A stretch of 64,000 bases of DNA, taken from assembly GCA_965218435.1 (NCBI GenBank), contig CBDCKW010000009.1, forward strand, positions 1,536,001 through 1,600,000. The letters are read 5' to 3'. Positions 1 through 8,978 of this stretch are shown piece by piece. Position numbers and translations under genes: made by a program. Source of the DNA: Truepera sp. (GTDB lineage: Bacteria; Deinococcota; Deinococci; Deinococcales; Trueperaceae). Every line of letters starts with the position of its first letter. Position 1 is the stretch's first letter. Below the pieces are notes generated by a model. That model was not told where the DNA came from, did not search any database, and saw only the letters and a program-made list of their open reading frames with translations.

Positions 1-1119
1 CGGCGCGAGTTCGCGGCCGTAACTGCTTTCGCCCAGCGTAAAGAGGATAAGACGGTAGTTAGGGTTGTCGCCGTAGGCGTTGAGGAGCGCCTTTAAGGGA
101 CGCGTCCACTCTGTCCGCACCGGCATATCGGCACCTTTATCGGCCCCAAAACGGCCAAACAAACGTTCGTTATGGTTGCGCAAACTACCGACGTGGAGCT
201 GCATCACGAGCCCGTCGTCGCAGCTCATCCGCGCAAATTCCATGAGCATGTGCGCCGTAAAACGGGCGGCGTCATCATCGGTCGCGTGTCCTGCCAGCGC
301 ACGTTCAAACAGCCCTGCCGCTTCGCCCCCGGAGAGCCTTTCGGTGTGAGGGGTCAGCACGCCGTGGTCGGTCGCTACCGCGCCGTGCGCCTTAAACGCT
401 TCGCGCCGCGCCTCGAGCGCCCCGATAAAGCCCTTGTAACTCGTTAGCTCGCCGCCGGTCAGTTCGCCCAAGGTGGCAATATCATCGTTCCAACCTTCAG
501 CAGTTAAATTGAGGAGCGCGTCCGGGCGAAACGTCGGGCGAATAGCCGTCCAGCCTTCGTCACGGAGCGAACGGTGGGCATTTAATGAATCCGTAGCGGC
601 GTCGGTGGTGCATAAGACTTCGATATTAAACCGCTTGAACAGCGCCCTCGGCGTAAAGTCGGGTTGGGCCAGCTTTTCTGAGAGGGCGTCGTAAACGCTG
701 TCGGCGGTGTCGGCGTTAAGGGGCGTGTCAATCCCAAAAACCTCGAGCAACTCACCCTTAAGCCACAACCCGGTAGGCGTGCCGCGAAAGAGGTAAAAGT
801 GTTCGGCGAAGCGTCGCCACACTGCGCGGTGATCCGTCTCGACCGGACTGCCGTCTAAGGTGGGCACACCGAGTTGCTCGAGCGGTACCCCCTGACTATA
901 GAGCAGCCGTAAGACGTAGTGATCCGGGATGATCAACAGCTCGGCGGGCGAGCCGAAGTGGGCGTCCGGGTCGGCGAGCAGGTCGGGCGGCACGTGTCCG
1001 TGAGGGCAGACGAGCGGGAGCGAATTAATCTCATTGTAGAGGTCTCGAGCGAGCTTGCGCTGCACCGGCTCCGGTGAAAAACAGCGGTCGGGCGACCGGG
1101 TAACTTTGGCGGTGGTCAT
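1..1119 (-). CDS. uxaC: Glucuronate (uronate) isomerase; 3' end runs off the window
   Basis: Not in the ORF track. Manual translation from ATG at 1119 (RBS CAGGAG) gives MTTAKVTRSPDRCF...LPLVCPHGHV...IIPDHY...FRGTPT...TTDAATD...PTFRPD...TDHG...MQLHVG...DKGADMP, which are UxaC motifs. Confidence 0.93.
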   Translation of the reverse strand, partial: MTTAKVTRSPDRCFSPEPVQRKLARDLYNEINSLPLVCPHGHVPPDLLADPDAHFGSPAELLIIPDHYVLRLLYSQGVPLEQLGVPTLDGSPVETDHRAVWRRFAEHFYLFRGTPTGLWLKGELLEVFGIDTPLNADTADSVYDALSEKLAQPDFTPRALFKRFNIEVLCTTDAATDSLNAHRSLRDEGWTAIRPTFRPDALLNLTAEGWNDDIATLGELTGGELTSYKGFIGALEARREAFKAHGAVATDHGVLTPHTERLSGGEAAGLFERALAGHATDDDAARFTAHMLMEFARMSCDDGLVMQLHVGSLRNHNERLFGRFGADKGADMPVRTEWTRPLKALLNAYGDNPNYRLILFTLGESSYGRELAP

Positions 1120-1153
1120 AACGTCTCCTGTTCCAGACAAGTGACCTGCGCCA

Positions 1154-1591
1154 CTACACACCCTTCCAGGGCCAGTAGACACAGCGCGTGACCTCGGGGA
1201 AAAGTACGAAGTCGGCACGCCCTTTAAGCACAAAGGTCGTGACGTCTGCACCTGCCAGATACTGGCAGGCAACCGCAAGTGTCTTACCGGTGACGCACAC
1301 GTCATCAACCAGCAAAACCCGTTTGCCGCGCAGGTCGGGCAGACCGGGTAGATATAGCAGTTCAGGCGCGGGGCGTTGGGGGCTGTTGTCCTCGGCCCGG
1401 TAGTTTAGCTGCAGGGTATAAAGCGGCGTTTGAAGCTTGTAGGCAAGTAGAGCAGCGGGTACACTGCCGCCCGTCGCCACGCCGATGACGACATCGGTCG
1501 GCGGCAGCCTGAGCTTATCAAGCCGCGCACAGACGTCGCTAAACTCGAGCTTCACCTTCTCCGACTTAACCCCGGTTACGCCCCCCTTCAC
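1154..1591 (-). CDS. Type I phosphoribosyltransferase-fold protein
   Basis: PRPP-binding motif LLVDDVCVTGKTL and GVATGG loop; GTGA overlap with the upstream gene. Confidence 0.85.
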   Translation of the reverse strand: MKGGVTGVKSEKVKLEFSDVCARLDKLRLPPTDVVIGVATGGSVPAALLAYKLQTPLYTLQLNYRAEDNSPQRPAPELLYLPGLPDLRGKRVLLVDDVCVTGKTLAVACQYLAGADVTTFVLKGRADFVLFPEVTRCVYWPWKGV

Positions 1592-2856
1592 GAGCTGCCC
1601 TCCAAGCGGTAGAGCATTTCACCGGCGTTTTCGACCAGCAGCACGCCTTCATCTTCGCGGTTGGCCCAACGCTGCGGGTCTAGCTTACTGGGATCGCGGT
1701 AACCCAAGTTGATACGCCGACAGACTGCTTCGGGAATACCCGTCGCCAGCGTGACGGCGATACGGGGTTTTTCGACACCATTTTCAAACGTGCCTGCACC
1801 TTTAACATGTGTCGAGTGCGCCAGCACCGTCCACGAGATATTTTTGAACGTTTCCCACTGTCCCAAAAAGTAGTCGCGCACGTGGTAGCCGATCTTTTCG
1901 ATGTCTGCGCCGTGCGTGACGCTCACCGCTTTTAAGTGGGGCGCGTAGATGATGACCTCGCCGCCGTCTTCGATCACAGGTTCAGTTTTGTACATGGCCT
2001 TAGCAGCGGTCCAAAGGTCGTCGTATTTCGTGGAGGGCATAGACAAGACGCGCTTAAAGGGGCGCGGTTTATAGCTGATATTGAGCCTCGCCGACACGTC
2101 CGCCGCCCGCTCCCAGGCCGTGACATAATCGCCGATAAAGAGCCCGTGCAGGTCGCTCTTCTGCATCACCAGTTTAAGGCAGGTAACAGGCATCTTCTCG
2201 GTGACAAACTTTGCGCCCTCGTGCAGCACCCGCCGCACCGCCGTATCTTTGACGCCGATAGTGTCGTAACTCGTGGCGAGTGCGCCGAGCCAGTGGGTGC
2301 TGTCAATGATTTCACGTCCGGCGATACCGGGAAAAAGGTATTTTGCGCCGCCGGAAAAGCCCGCGACCTCATGAGGAAAAACCGGGCCGAGGATCAAGAG
2401 TTCGTCGTAGTCGTAAATCATGCGGTTGAGGGCGATGGGGGTTTCTCGGCTGACTAAACCGCCCGTCAGTTCACTCATTTGGGCGCTCGAGAGTGTACCC
2501 ACACGTTTGAAGTTCGCCGGGTTGTCCCAGCGGTGGTTGTAAACCTCGCTCTTGGGGTAGTGCGCCGTGCGCTCCGCCGGGGTCACCCCGACGAGTTTGG
2601 CGATGGCTGTTTCAGACATCGGCTGATGTGTGCCGAGCGCGATGAGATAGTCGAGCCGCGCCACGCGTACGCCCAAAACCTCGTAAAGTAAGCGAAACAT
2701 CGAGGCGATAGGCGCAGTGCGCGTGCCGTCCGGGATGATAACGAGAAGGCGCTTGCCCGTTAACTCGAGAGACTCGGAGGCTTGCTCGAGCAACTCCCTG
2801 ACCTGAGCTTCGGTCATGGTTTCGTGGTCACTGCTGTAACCGGCTAAAAGTGCCAC
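1588..2856 (-). CDS. LarA-family (nickel-pincer nucleotide dependent) racemase/epimerase, probable D-mannonate/D-gluconate 2-epimerase
   Basis: IIPDGTR, IALGTH, NHRW, FPHEVAGFSGGAK and THW motifs. Substrate inferred from the uxaC/SDR context. Confidence 0.85.
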   Translation of the reverse strand: MALLAGYSSDHETMTEAQVRELLEQASESLELTGKRLLVIIPDGTRTAPIASMFRLLYEVLGVRVARLDYLIALGTHQPMSETAIAKLVGVTPAERTAHYPKSEVYNHRWDNPANFKRVGTLSSAQMSELTGGLVSRETPIALNRMIYDYDELLILGPVFPHEVAGFSGGAKYLFPGIAGREIIDSTHWLGALATSYDTIGVKDTAVRRVLHEGAKFVTEKMPVTCLKLVMQKSDLHGLFIGDYVTAWERAADVSARLNISYKPRPFKRVLSMPSTKYDDLWTAAKAMYKTEPVIEDGGEVIIYAPHLKAVSVTHGADIEKIGYHVRDYFLGQWETFKNISWTVLAHSTHVKGAGTFENGVEKPRIAVTLATGIPEAVCRRINLGYRDPSKLDPQRWANREDEGVLLVENAGEMLYRLEGSS

Positions 2857-3666
2857 CTAAACCCCACCAAAGGCGGAAAAGCCGCCGTCAACCGGGACGA
2901 CCACGCCGGTCACGAATTTAGAGGCGTCCGACGCCAACCACGTCACTGTACCGACCAATTCTTCAGGTTCACCAAACCGGCCCAACGGCGTGTGGCCGAT
3001 AATCTGCTGGCCCCTAGCCGTCGGTGACCCGTCGGGGTTAAGGAGCAGGTCGCGGTTCTGCTCGCCGACGAAAAAGCCGGGGGCAATGGCGTTGACGCGT
3101 AGCCCCGGCCCGTAGGTTTGCGCCAGCTCGACCGCCAACCAGCGCGTAAAGTTGTCGAGCGCCGCCTTCGCTGCGCCGTAGCCGACGACCCGGGTCAGCG
3201 GACGCTGCGCCGCCATTGACGAGATGTTGATAATTGAACCCGTCCCCGCCTCGACCATCGTTTCACCAAAGACCTGCGAAGGGAGGATGCTGCCCAGCAA
3301 GTTGAGGTTGATCACGCCCCCCAGCGCCGCCATCTCAACATCGAAAAAGCTCAAGTCACCGACGACCGTCGCGTCGGGGCGGTTGCCGCCTGCGGCGTTG
3401 ACTAAGATGTCCAGGCGACCCCATCTTTTAAGCACCTGGGCTCGAGCCGCCTCTAACTGTGCCCGGTCCAGCACGTCCGCGGTGAGCGCCAGGGCGTCGC
3501 CGCCCGCCGCACGCACCTCTTCAACGACCTCAGCGGCTTTCGCCGTACGCCGTCCCAAGACCCCGACCTTGGCCCCCGCCGCGGCCAGACCGCGCACCAA
3601 CGCGCCGCCCAAAACGCCCGTGCCGCCGGTGACGACTGCAACTTTGTCAGTGAGGTCGAAGCTCAC
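2857..3666 (-). CDS. SDR, D-mannonate oxidoreductase / fructuronate reductase type
   Basis: TGGTGVLG, NAAGGN, YGAAK, NAIAPGFF and DGGFSAF motifs; neighbours uxaC. Confidence 0.85.
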   Translation of the reverse strand: MSFDLTDKVAVVTGGTGVLGGALVRGLAAAGAKVGVLGRRTAKAAEVVEEVRAAGGDALALTADVLDRAQLEAARAQVLKRWGRLDILVNAAGGNRPDATVVGDLSFFDVEMAALGGVINLNLLGSILPSQVFGETMVEAGTGSIINISSMAAQRPLTRVVGYGAAKAALDNFTRWLAVELAQTYGPGLRVNAIAPGFFVGEQNRDLLLNPDGSPTARGQQIIGHTPLGRFGEPEELVGTVTWLASDASKFVTGVVVPVDGGFSAFGGV

Positions 3667-4730
3667 GCGCCCTCGTCGGCCAACGTTTGCGCCTTTAAGC
3701 AGAGTTCGGCAGCCTTAAATGCGTGCGCCTGCGTCATGGCATTCTCGGTGCGGTTCAGGCAGTCCAAGACGAGTTGCCCGAAAAAGGGATACCCGACTTT
3801 GCCCGCGACTTCCAGGTGCTGCTCCCCCTTGCCATCAACCAAATAAAGCTGATCACCGCCGCCGCTACGCGCAAGCTCCGTGTATTTGCGCAGCTCGAGG
3901 TACCCGTCCGTCCCGAGGATAAAGGTGCGCCCGTCGCCCCAGGTAGACAGGCCGTCCGGGGTAAACCAGTCCACCCGGAAGTAGCCCGAAGCGCCGGTGT
4001 CTGCGACTAGATTCGTCTCGCCGAAATCTTCCAGTTCAGGGGTGTCCGGGTGGTTGAAATTGGCGACTCGGGCACTCGCTACCTTAGCGTCCGTCGCCCC
4101 GGCGTAGGTGAGAAACTGCTCGATCTGGTGGCTGCCGATGTCGGCCAAAATGCCACCGTATTTTTCCTTTTCAAAAAACCAGGCGGGTCTTTTAGCGGCG
4201 TTCAGGCGGTGCGGCCCTAAACCTAAGACCTGAATCACCCGTCCGATGGCACCCTCCTGAATTAAATCACCGGCAAACACCGCACACTCAGCGTGCAGCC
4301 TCTCGCTGTAGTAGACGAGATATTTCTGACCCGTTTCGCTCACGGCGCGGCGGGCGTCGTCTAACTGCTTAACGGTCGTAAAAGGTCCCTTGTCCGTAAA
4401 ATAATCTTTTTCCGCTGCCATCACCCGCAGACCCAGCGGCCCACGCGCGTTGGGGACGGCGGCGGCGGCGACCAGGCGCACCTCGGGATCACTTAGAATT
4501 TCGTCTAGAGAGCGTGCGACGCGCACCTCGGGGTAACGCTCCTGAAAGGCTTCGACCTTGGCGGGGTCGAGGTCGTATACCCAGCGGAGCGTTGCGCCCG
4601 CTTCGAGCAAGCCGCCACACATCCCGTAAATATGACCGTGGTCTAAGTGTGCGGCGGCGAACACGAAATCGCCGGGCGCGACCACAGGGGCCGGTTTCCC
4701 CTGCGGCGCGTAGGTCATGCCGTCGCTCAT
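3663..4730 (-). CDS. Gfo/Idh/MocA family oxidoreductase
   Basis: Start reassigned to ATG 4730 (MSDGMTYAPQGKP), which overlaps the upstream stop as ATGA. LDHGHIYGM, DKGP and GGILADIGSH motifs. Confidence 0.85.
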   Translation of the reverse strand: MSDGMTYAPQGKPAPVVAPGDFVFAAAHLDHGHIYGMCGGLLEAGATLRWVYDLDPAKVEAFQERYPEVRVARSLDEILSDPEVRLVAAAAVPNARGPLGLRVMAAEKDYFTDKGPFTTVKQLDDARRAVSETGQKYLVYYSERLHAECAVFAGDLIQEGAIGRVIQVLGLGPHRLNAAKRPAWFFEKEKYGGILADIGSHQIEQFLTYAGATDAKVASARVANFNHPDTPELEDFGETNLVADTGASGYFRVDWFTPDGLSTWGDGRTFILGTDGYLELRKYTELARSGGGDQLYLVDGKGEQHLEVAGKVGYPFFGQLVLDCLNRTENAMTQAHAFKAAELCLKAQTLADEGA

Positions 4731-5836
4731 GCGACGCCTTCTTTCTTGGTAGCTGCTTTCCGCTCTTCTAAAAAGTTCGCATAAGCGGCGCGGTCTAAGG
4801 GCAGGGTGACGGCACGCTCGAGCCAGCTCGAGAGCAGCATCGCGTTGGCAAGCTCCAAAGACATGCGCCCCTCCACGCCGTCGCACATAAGAGGCGTCCC
4901 CGTTTGGATAGCGTCACTCAAGTTGCGGTAAACCGCAAGGTGATCGCCGCTGCCTTCACCTAGCTCGAGGAGGGTCGTCTCTACCTCAGGCTCATCAAAA
5001 GGATTTGCGTCCTCGTCTAAAAAATCTTCTAAAGCTTGGGGAAACCGCTCGAAACTCACCTTGCCGCTGCCGAGTTGCACCACCCCTTTCGTCCCGACAA
5101 GCTCGAGGCGTTCGGGTCGGCCCGCTTCGGCGGTGCTGATGTGCAGAGAACCAAGGCTACTACTGGGCCACTCGAGCATCGCCTGAATCGTATCTTCCGT
5201 TTCGATATCGTGCAGCGTGGTACGCGCCCAAGCGGTCACTTTACTGGGCGACCCGAGGAAATGGCAGAGCAGGTCTAGGTTATGAGGCGCTTGGTTCATC
5301 GAGACGCCGCCCCCTTCACCCGCCCAGGTCCCGCGCCAGAGCGCCTTTTGGTAGTAGTTGCGGCGGCGCGGCCAGGCCATCGTCATGTCAATGTGCTGAA
5401 CCTTACCGAGCCGACCCTCACGGATAAGCGCGTACACGGCCCGCACCTCGGGGCGGTGACGGTGCTGGAAGTTTACGGCGAGCAGGCGACCGGCGTCTTT
5501 TGCCGCCGCGATCATCGTGTCGGCTTCGCCCACGTGAACGGCCATCGGTTTCTCTACCAACACGTGGCAGCCAGCCTCGAGGCAGCTCACGGTCATCTCG
5601 GCGTGAAAAGGATGAGGCGTCATCACGACCGCTACGTCAGGCTGAGTCTGCTCGAGCATGGCGTAGTAGTCCTCGAAAAAAGGGCAGCCCAGTTCGGCGG
5701 CGCGTTCACGGCCTTTGTGAACGTCGCGGTCGCAGACGCCGACCAGGTTGACCAGGTCGGACTCGAGCGCCAGACGGTGCATCGCCAGCACATTCGCCCC
5801 GACACCGATGATGACGTACCGCAAGGGTCGGGTCAC
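4727..5836 (-). CDS. Gfo/Idh/MocA family oxidoreductase
   Basis: IIGVG Rossmann motif, HVLVEKPMA, WRGTWAGEGGG, NQAPHNLD. Confidence 0.9.
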   Translation of the reverse strand: MTRPLRYVIIGVGANVLAMHRLALESDLVNLVGVCDRDVHKGRERAAELGCPFFEDYYAMLEQTQPDVAVVMTPHPFHAEMTVSCLEAGCHVLVEKPMAVHVGEADTMIAAAKDAGRLLAVNFQHRHRPEVRAVYALIREGRLGKVQHIDMTMAWPRRRNYYQKALWRGTWAGEGGGVSMNQAPHNLDLLCHFLGSPSKVTAWARTTLHDIETEDTIQAMLEWPSSSLGSLHISTAEAGRPERLELVGTKGVVQLGSGKVSFERFPQALEDFLDEDANPFDEPEVETTLLELGEGSGDHLAVYRNLSDAIQTGTPLMCDGVEGRMSLELANAMLLSSWLERAVTLPLDRAAYANFLEERKAATKKEGVA

Positions 5837-6681
5837 GCCGTTACCTCTTCTCTCAGCAGCTTGCGGACGAACGCCAGGTTGTGCCGCAGCGCCTCGCGGC
5901 TGGGGTGCGCCGCGCTGAAATCCTCGATGACCAGCCAGCCGTCATAGCCGACCGCCTGCAACGCCCCGAGCAGCCGCGGAAAGTCAACCACGCCGTCCTC
6001 TAGGGGTGCCCAGCGGGGCGTCCACACGCCGCCGCCTGCAGGTTGCGCGTAGGCCGCGTTTTTGAGGTGGACGTGAGCGAGGTAGGGACCGAGCAGCTCG
6101 AGGCCCAGCCGGTAATCCTCGAACCCCTCATAAACCATATTGCCCGCGTCGTGAATTACGCCGATCACCTCGGGGTCGAAAGGCGACACGAGCCGGTGGG
6201 CGAGCGCGGCGCTGGGGCAGATCGTGCCGTGGTGAATCTCGACCAGCGCCTTGACACCGTACCGCCGCGCCAGCGGTTCGACCGCCGCCAAAAAAGCTCT
6301 AGCGTCGGCAAACAGCTCGTGATAGTTGGAACCCGTTTCAAACCGGCCCACGCCCACCCGGATTTGGGGCGCACCCGCTGTTTGGGCAAAGTGCAGCGCG
6401 TTCTCCGTCGCCTCCAGGTCGCCCACATCAAGGTAGGTTCCCAAACCGGGAACGGCAAGCCCTACCGCCTCAGCGAGGGCGCGCGCCCGCTCCGCTTCGG
6501 CTTGGGTAGGAGAAAGCGTGCAGCGGTTGTTACCCCAAAAAGAGGGCAGCTCACGTCGTTTTTCCTCCGGGACTGAAGTCACGCGCCACTCGACGCCGTC
6601 GTAACCGGCGGCGGCGAGGTCGTGCGCCGCTTGTTCGGGGGTGAGGTCCGGCAACATGACCGTAAACACGCCGACTTTCAC
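5833..6681 (-). CDS. Sugar phosphate isomerase/epimerase (xylose-isomerase-like TIM barrel)
   Basis: GYDGVEW, VEIH, HDAGN, HVHLKN and GYDGWLVIE metal-binding motifs. Confidence 0.88.
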   Translation of the reverse strand: MKVGVFTVMLPDLTPEQAAHDLAAAGYDGVEWRVTSVPEEKRRELPSFWGNNRCTLSPTQAEAERARALAEAVGLAVPGLGTYLDVGDLEATENALHFAQTAGAPQIRVGVGRFETGSNYHELFADARAFLAAVEPLARRYGVKALVEIHHGTICPSAALAHRLVSPFDPEVIGVIHDAGNMVYEGFEDYRLGLELLGPYLAHVHLKNAAYAQPAGGGVWTPRWAPLEDGVVDFPRLLGALQAVGYDGWLVIEDFSAAHPSREALRHNLAFVRKLLREEVTA

Positions 6682-6698
6682 GGTAAGACCCCCCTGTC

Positions 6699-6749
6699 AA
6701 AACCTTTCATAACGAAACCTTCATAGCAAAACCTTCACGTAAAACCTCC
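6699..6749. repeat. Four imperfect 13-15 bp tandem repeats (core AAACCT(T)CA)
   Basis: aaaacctttcataac / gaaaccttcatagc / aaaaccttcacgt / aaaacctcc, just upstream of the isomerase start. Confidence 0.6.
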
Positions 6750-6949
6750 GCTTACAGGCCACTTCTAAAGTTGGCAACTCGGACGGGCTACTGATACCGG
6801 TCACCTTAGAGGCGAGGGGCGCGCTCGAGATTGGAACAAGGGATTGCAATCCCTTGTTGGTAAAAAAGCATGTCTGCGACCTCGGTACGGATTATCACTG
6901 AAAACACCCCCTCGCGCCCGGCCCTCCAAGCTCTCACCCTCGCTAGACC

Positions 6950-8935
6950 CTAGTCCTTGACCGCGCCCGCCGTCAAACCTGAGACGAGCCAACGCTGCAA
7001 AAAGGTGAAAAACAAGGCGACCGGCAGCGAGACGATGACGCCTGCGGCCATCGTCAGGTTCCAGCGCACGGTGAACTCGGTGCGAAAGTCTTGGATACCG
7101 AGCGCCACTGTGCGCGTCAGCTCATTGGTCAAAACTGACGAAAACAGCACCTCGTTCCAGCCTCGAGTAAAAGCTAGAATAGCGATGGTGGCGATGCCCG
7201 GTACCGCCAGCGGCACGGTCACGCGCAAAAACGCCCCGAAGCGGCTCGAGCCGTCGATTTCGGCAGCTTCTTCCAAGTCGGCGGGCAAGCTGTCAATGTA
7301 GCCGCGCATCACCCAAACAGTAAAGGGCAACACCGCCGAGGTGTAAGCGAGGAGCATCAGCCCTAAATTGCCCCAGTAGACGTTTCTGCCGATAAAGCGG
7401 ACGTCCAAGCTCTCTAACAGCGGCGTGTTTTGCAGAGTGCTGAAGATGAGAAAAAAAGGTACCAGCAGCAGCACGCCGGGAAAGAGTTGAGTCGCGAGGA
7501 CGCTGCCGCCAAAAAAGCCGCGCCCGAAAAAGCGGAAGCGGCTGAACGCGTACCCAGCCATCGTAGCGACGACGACCGCCAGCGCCATCGAAACGAGCGA
7601 AAGCCCGAGGCTGTTACCGAAGTAGCGCAGGAGCGGTACCTGTTCCCAGACCTGCCGGTAATTTTCAAACGCCCAAACGGTCGGCAGCAGCGTCGTCCGC
7701 CGGATGTCGCTCTCGGTTTTAAGCGAGCTGATCACAAGCCAGTAGACCGGGAACAGCACGATAAAACCGTAGAACAACCCGCCGAGCAGCGTGAGGACCC
7801 GCTGCGCCGCGCGCTCCGCCAGGCCCAACAATAGCCGGATGAGAAGCACCACGCCGCCGACAAGCGCCAGCGCCGCCGCTAGGCGCAAAAGCTGCGTGCC
7901 CAACAAAAACGCGCCGAAAAGCCCGGCCAATCCTGCCAGCGCCCAGGTCCAGGGACTGCGTTTTAGGGAACGGCCCTGCTCGAGCGCCTGGGGCTGGGCC
8001 AGCCGCAGGTAGATGAAAGCGAACAGCAGCGCCAAGAGCGTCATCAAAATGGACATCGCCGCGCCGTAGCTAAAGCTGAAGTTATTAAACGACTGCTTCA
8101 AAATCTCGACCGATAGCAGCGACGACGCCGCCGGAATCTCGGTGTATTCGCCGCCCAGCATCACGTAAGGGGTCAGATAGTCGTTGTACGACCAGAGTGA
8201 ACTAAACAGAACGATCACCGCGCCGACCGAGCGCAGGTAGGGCAGGGTGATGTGGCTGAACTTCTGCCAGGTGGTCGCGCCGTCAACCGTCGCGGCTTCG
8301 TACAACGATGGGGGCACCGTCTGCAGCCCGGCCAAAAAGACGAGGTAAAAGAGCGGCCAACGCACCCACACGCTGCCCAGCAGGATGCTCCAAAAACTGT
8401 TGTTGCCGACGAGCCAAAAAACGGGTCCGTGAATCAGGCCGACTTTGGTCAATAGAGCGTTGATCACGCCGTCCGAGGTCAGCATAAAGCGGAGCGTGAT
8501 AAGCGACACGACGCTCGGCAAAATATAAGGGAGGAGCACCACGCCCTTAAAGACGAGCGCGCCGAAGAACTTACGGTTGGCGACCAGCGCCGCGCCCAGC
8601 CCCAGTGCGGCGCTCAACAGCACCGTGAGAAGCGTATACGACAGCGTCACGCTTAAAGACTGGGTAAACCCGAAACCCAAACTGTTAAGGGCTCGGGCGT
8701 ACTCTTGAAACCCGCTCCACTCGAGCTGAAAAAAAGGTTGGCTCAGCGTGAACTTGTTATACGTTTTGAAGCTGATGGCGACGCCCCACAGCATCGGCAC
8801 GAAAAAGATGACGAGCAGCCCCAGCACTGCGGGCAAAATCATCCAGTAGGCGAGCCGCCCGCGTGAGTTTTTGCGCGGCGCGGTCCGGGAACGCTGCGCT
8901 CGAGCCTTGCCTACCTTTGAAGCGGGATGTGCCAT
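6950..8935 (-). CDS. Carbohydrate ABC transporter permease with fused MalF-like and MalG-like domains
   Basis: Two EAA loops (LYEAATVDGA, LEEAAEIDGS) in one frame. Start set to ATG 8935 behind a GGAGG RBS. Confidence 0.85.
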   Translation of the reverse strand: MAHPASKVGKARAQRSRTAPRKNSRGRLAYWMILPAVLGLLVIFFVPMLWGVAISFKTYNKFTLSQPFFQLEWSGFQEYARALNSLGFGFTQSLSVTLSYTLLTVLLSAALGLGAALVANRKFFGALVFKGVVLLPYILPSVVSLITLRFMLTSDGVINALLTKVGLIHGPVFWLVGNNSFWSILLGSVWVRWPLFYLVFLAGLQTVPPSLYEAATVDGATTWQKFSHITLPYLRSVGAVIVLFSSLWSYNDYLTPYVMLGGEYTEIPAASSLLSVEILKQSFNNFSFSYGAAMSILMTLLALLFAFIYLRLAQPQALEQGRSLKRSPWTWALAGLAGLFGAFLLGTQLLRLAAALALVGGVVLLIRLLLGLAERAAQRVLTLLGGLFYGFIVLFPVYWLVISSLKTESDIRRTTLLPTVWAFENYRQVWEQVPLLRYFGNSLGLSLVSMALAVVVATMAGYAFSRFRFFGRGFFGGSVLATQLFPGVLLLVPFFLIFSTLQNTPLLESLDVRFIGRNVYWGNLGLMLLAYTSAVLPFTVWVMRGYIDSLPADLEEAAEIDGSSRFGAFLRVTVPLAVPGIATIAILAFTRGWNEVLFSSVLTNELTRTVALGIQDFRTEFTVRWNLTMAAGVIVSLPVALFFTFLQRWLVSGLTAGAVKD

Positions 8936-8945
8936 AAGACCTCCG

Positions 8946-8973
8946 CGGGAGCGGCGCGAGTGCGCCGCTCCCG
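8946..8973 (-). promoter_or_regulatory. Intercistronic 12-bp stem-loop after the binding-protein gene
   Basis: cgggagcggcgc-gagt-gcgccgctcccg perfect inverted repeat, typical of mRNA-stabilising hairpins in ABC operons. Confidence 0.6.
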
Positions 8974-8978
8974 TCTTT

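Noticed and set aside
80..694. Plus-strand ORFs at the window start, and the many antisense/shadow ORFs throughout the track
   Set aside because: They lie opposite or out of frame with well-supported genes (here uxaC) and have no motifs; expected in GC-rich DNA.
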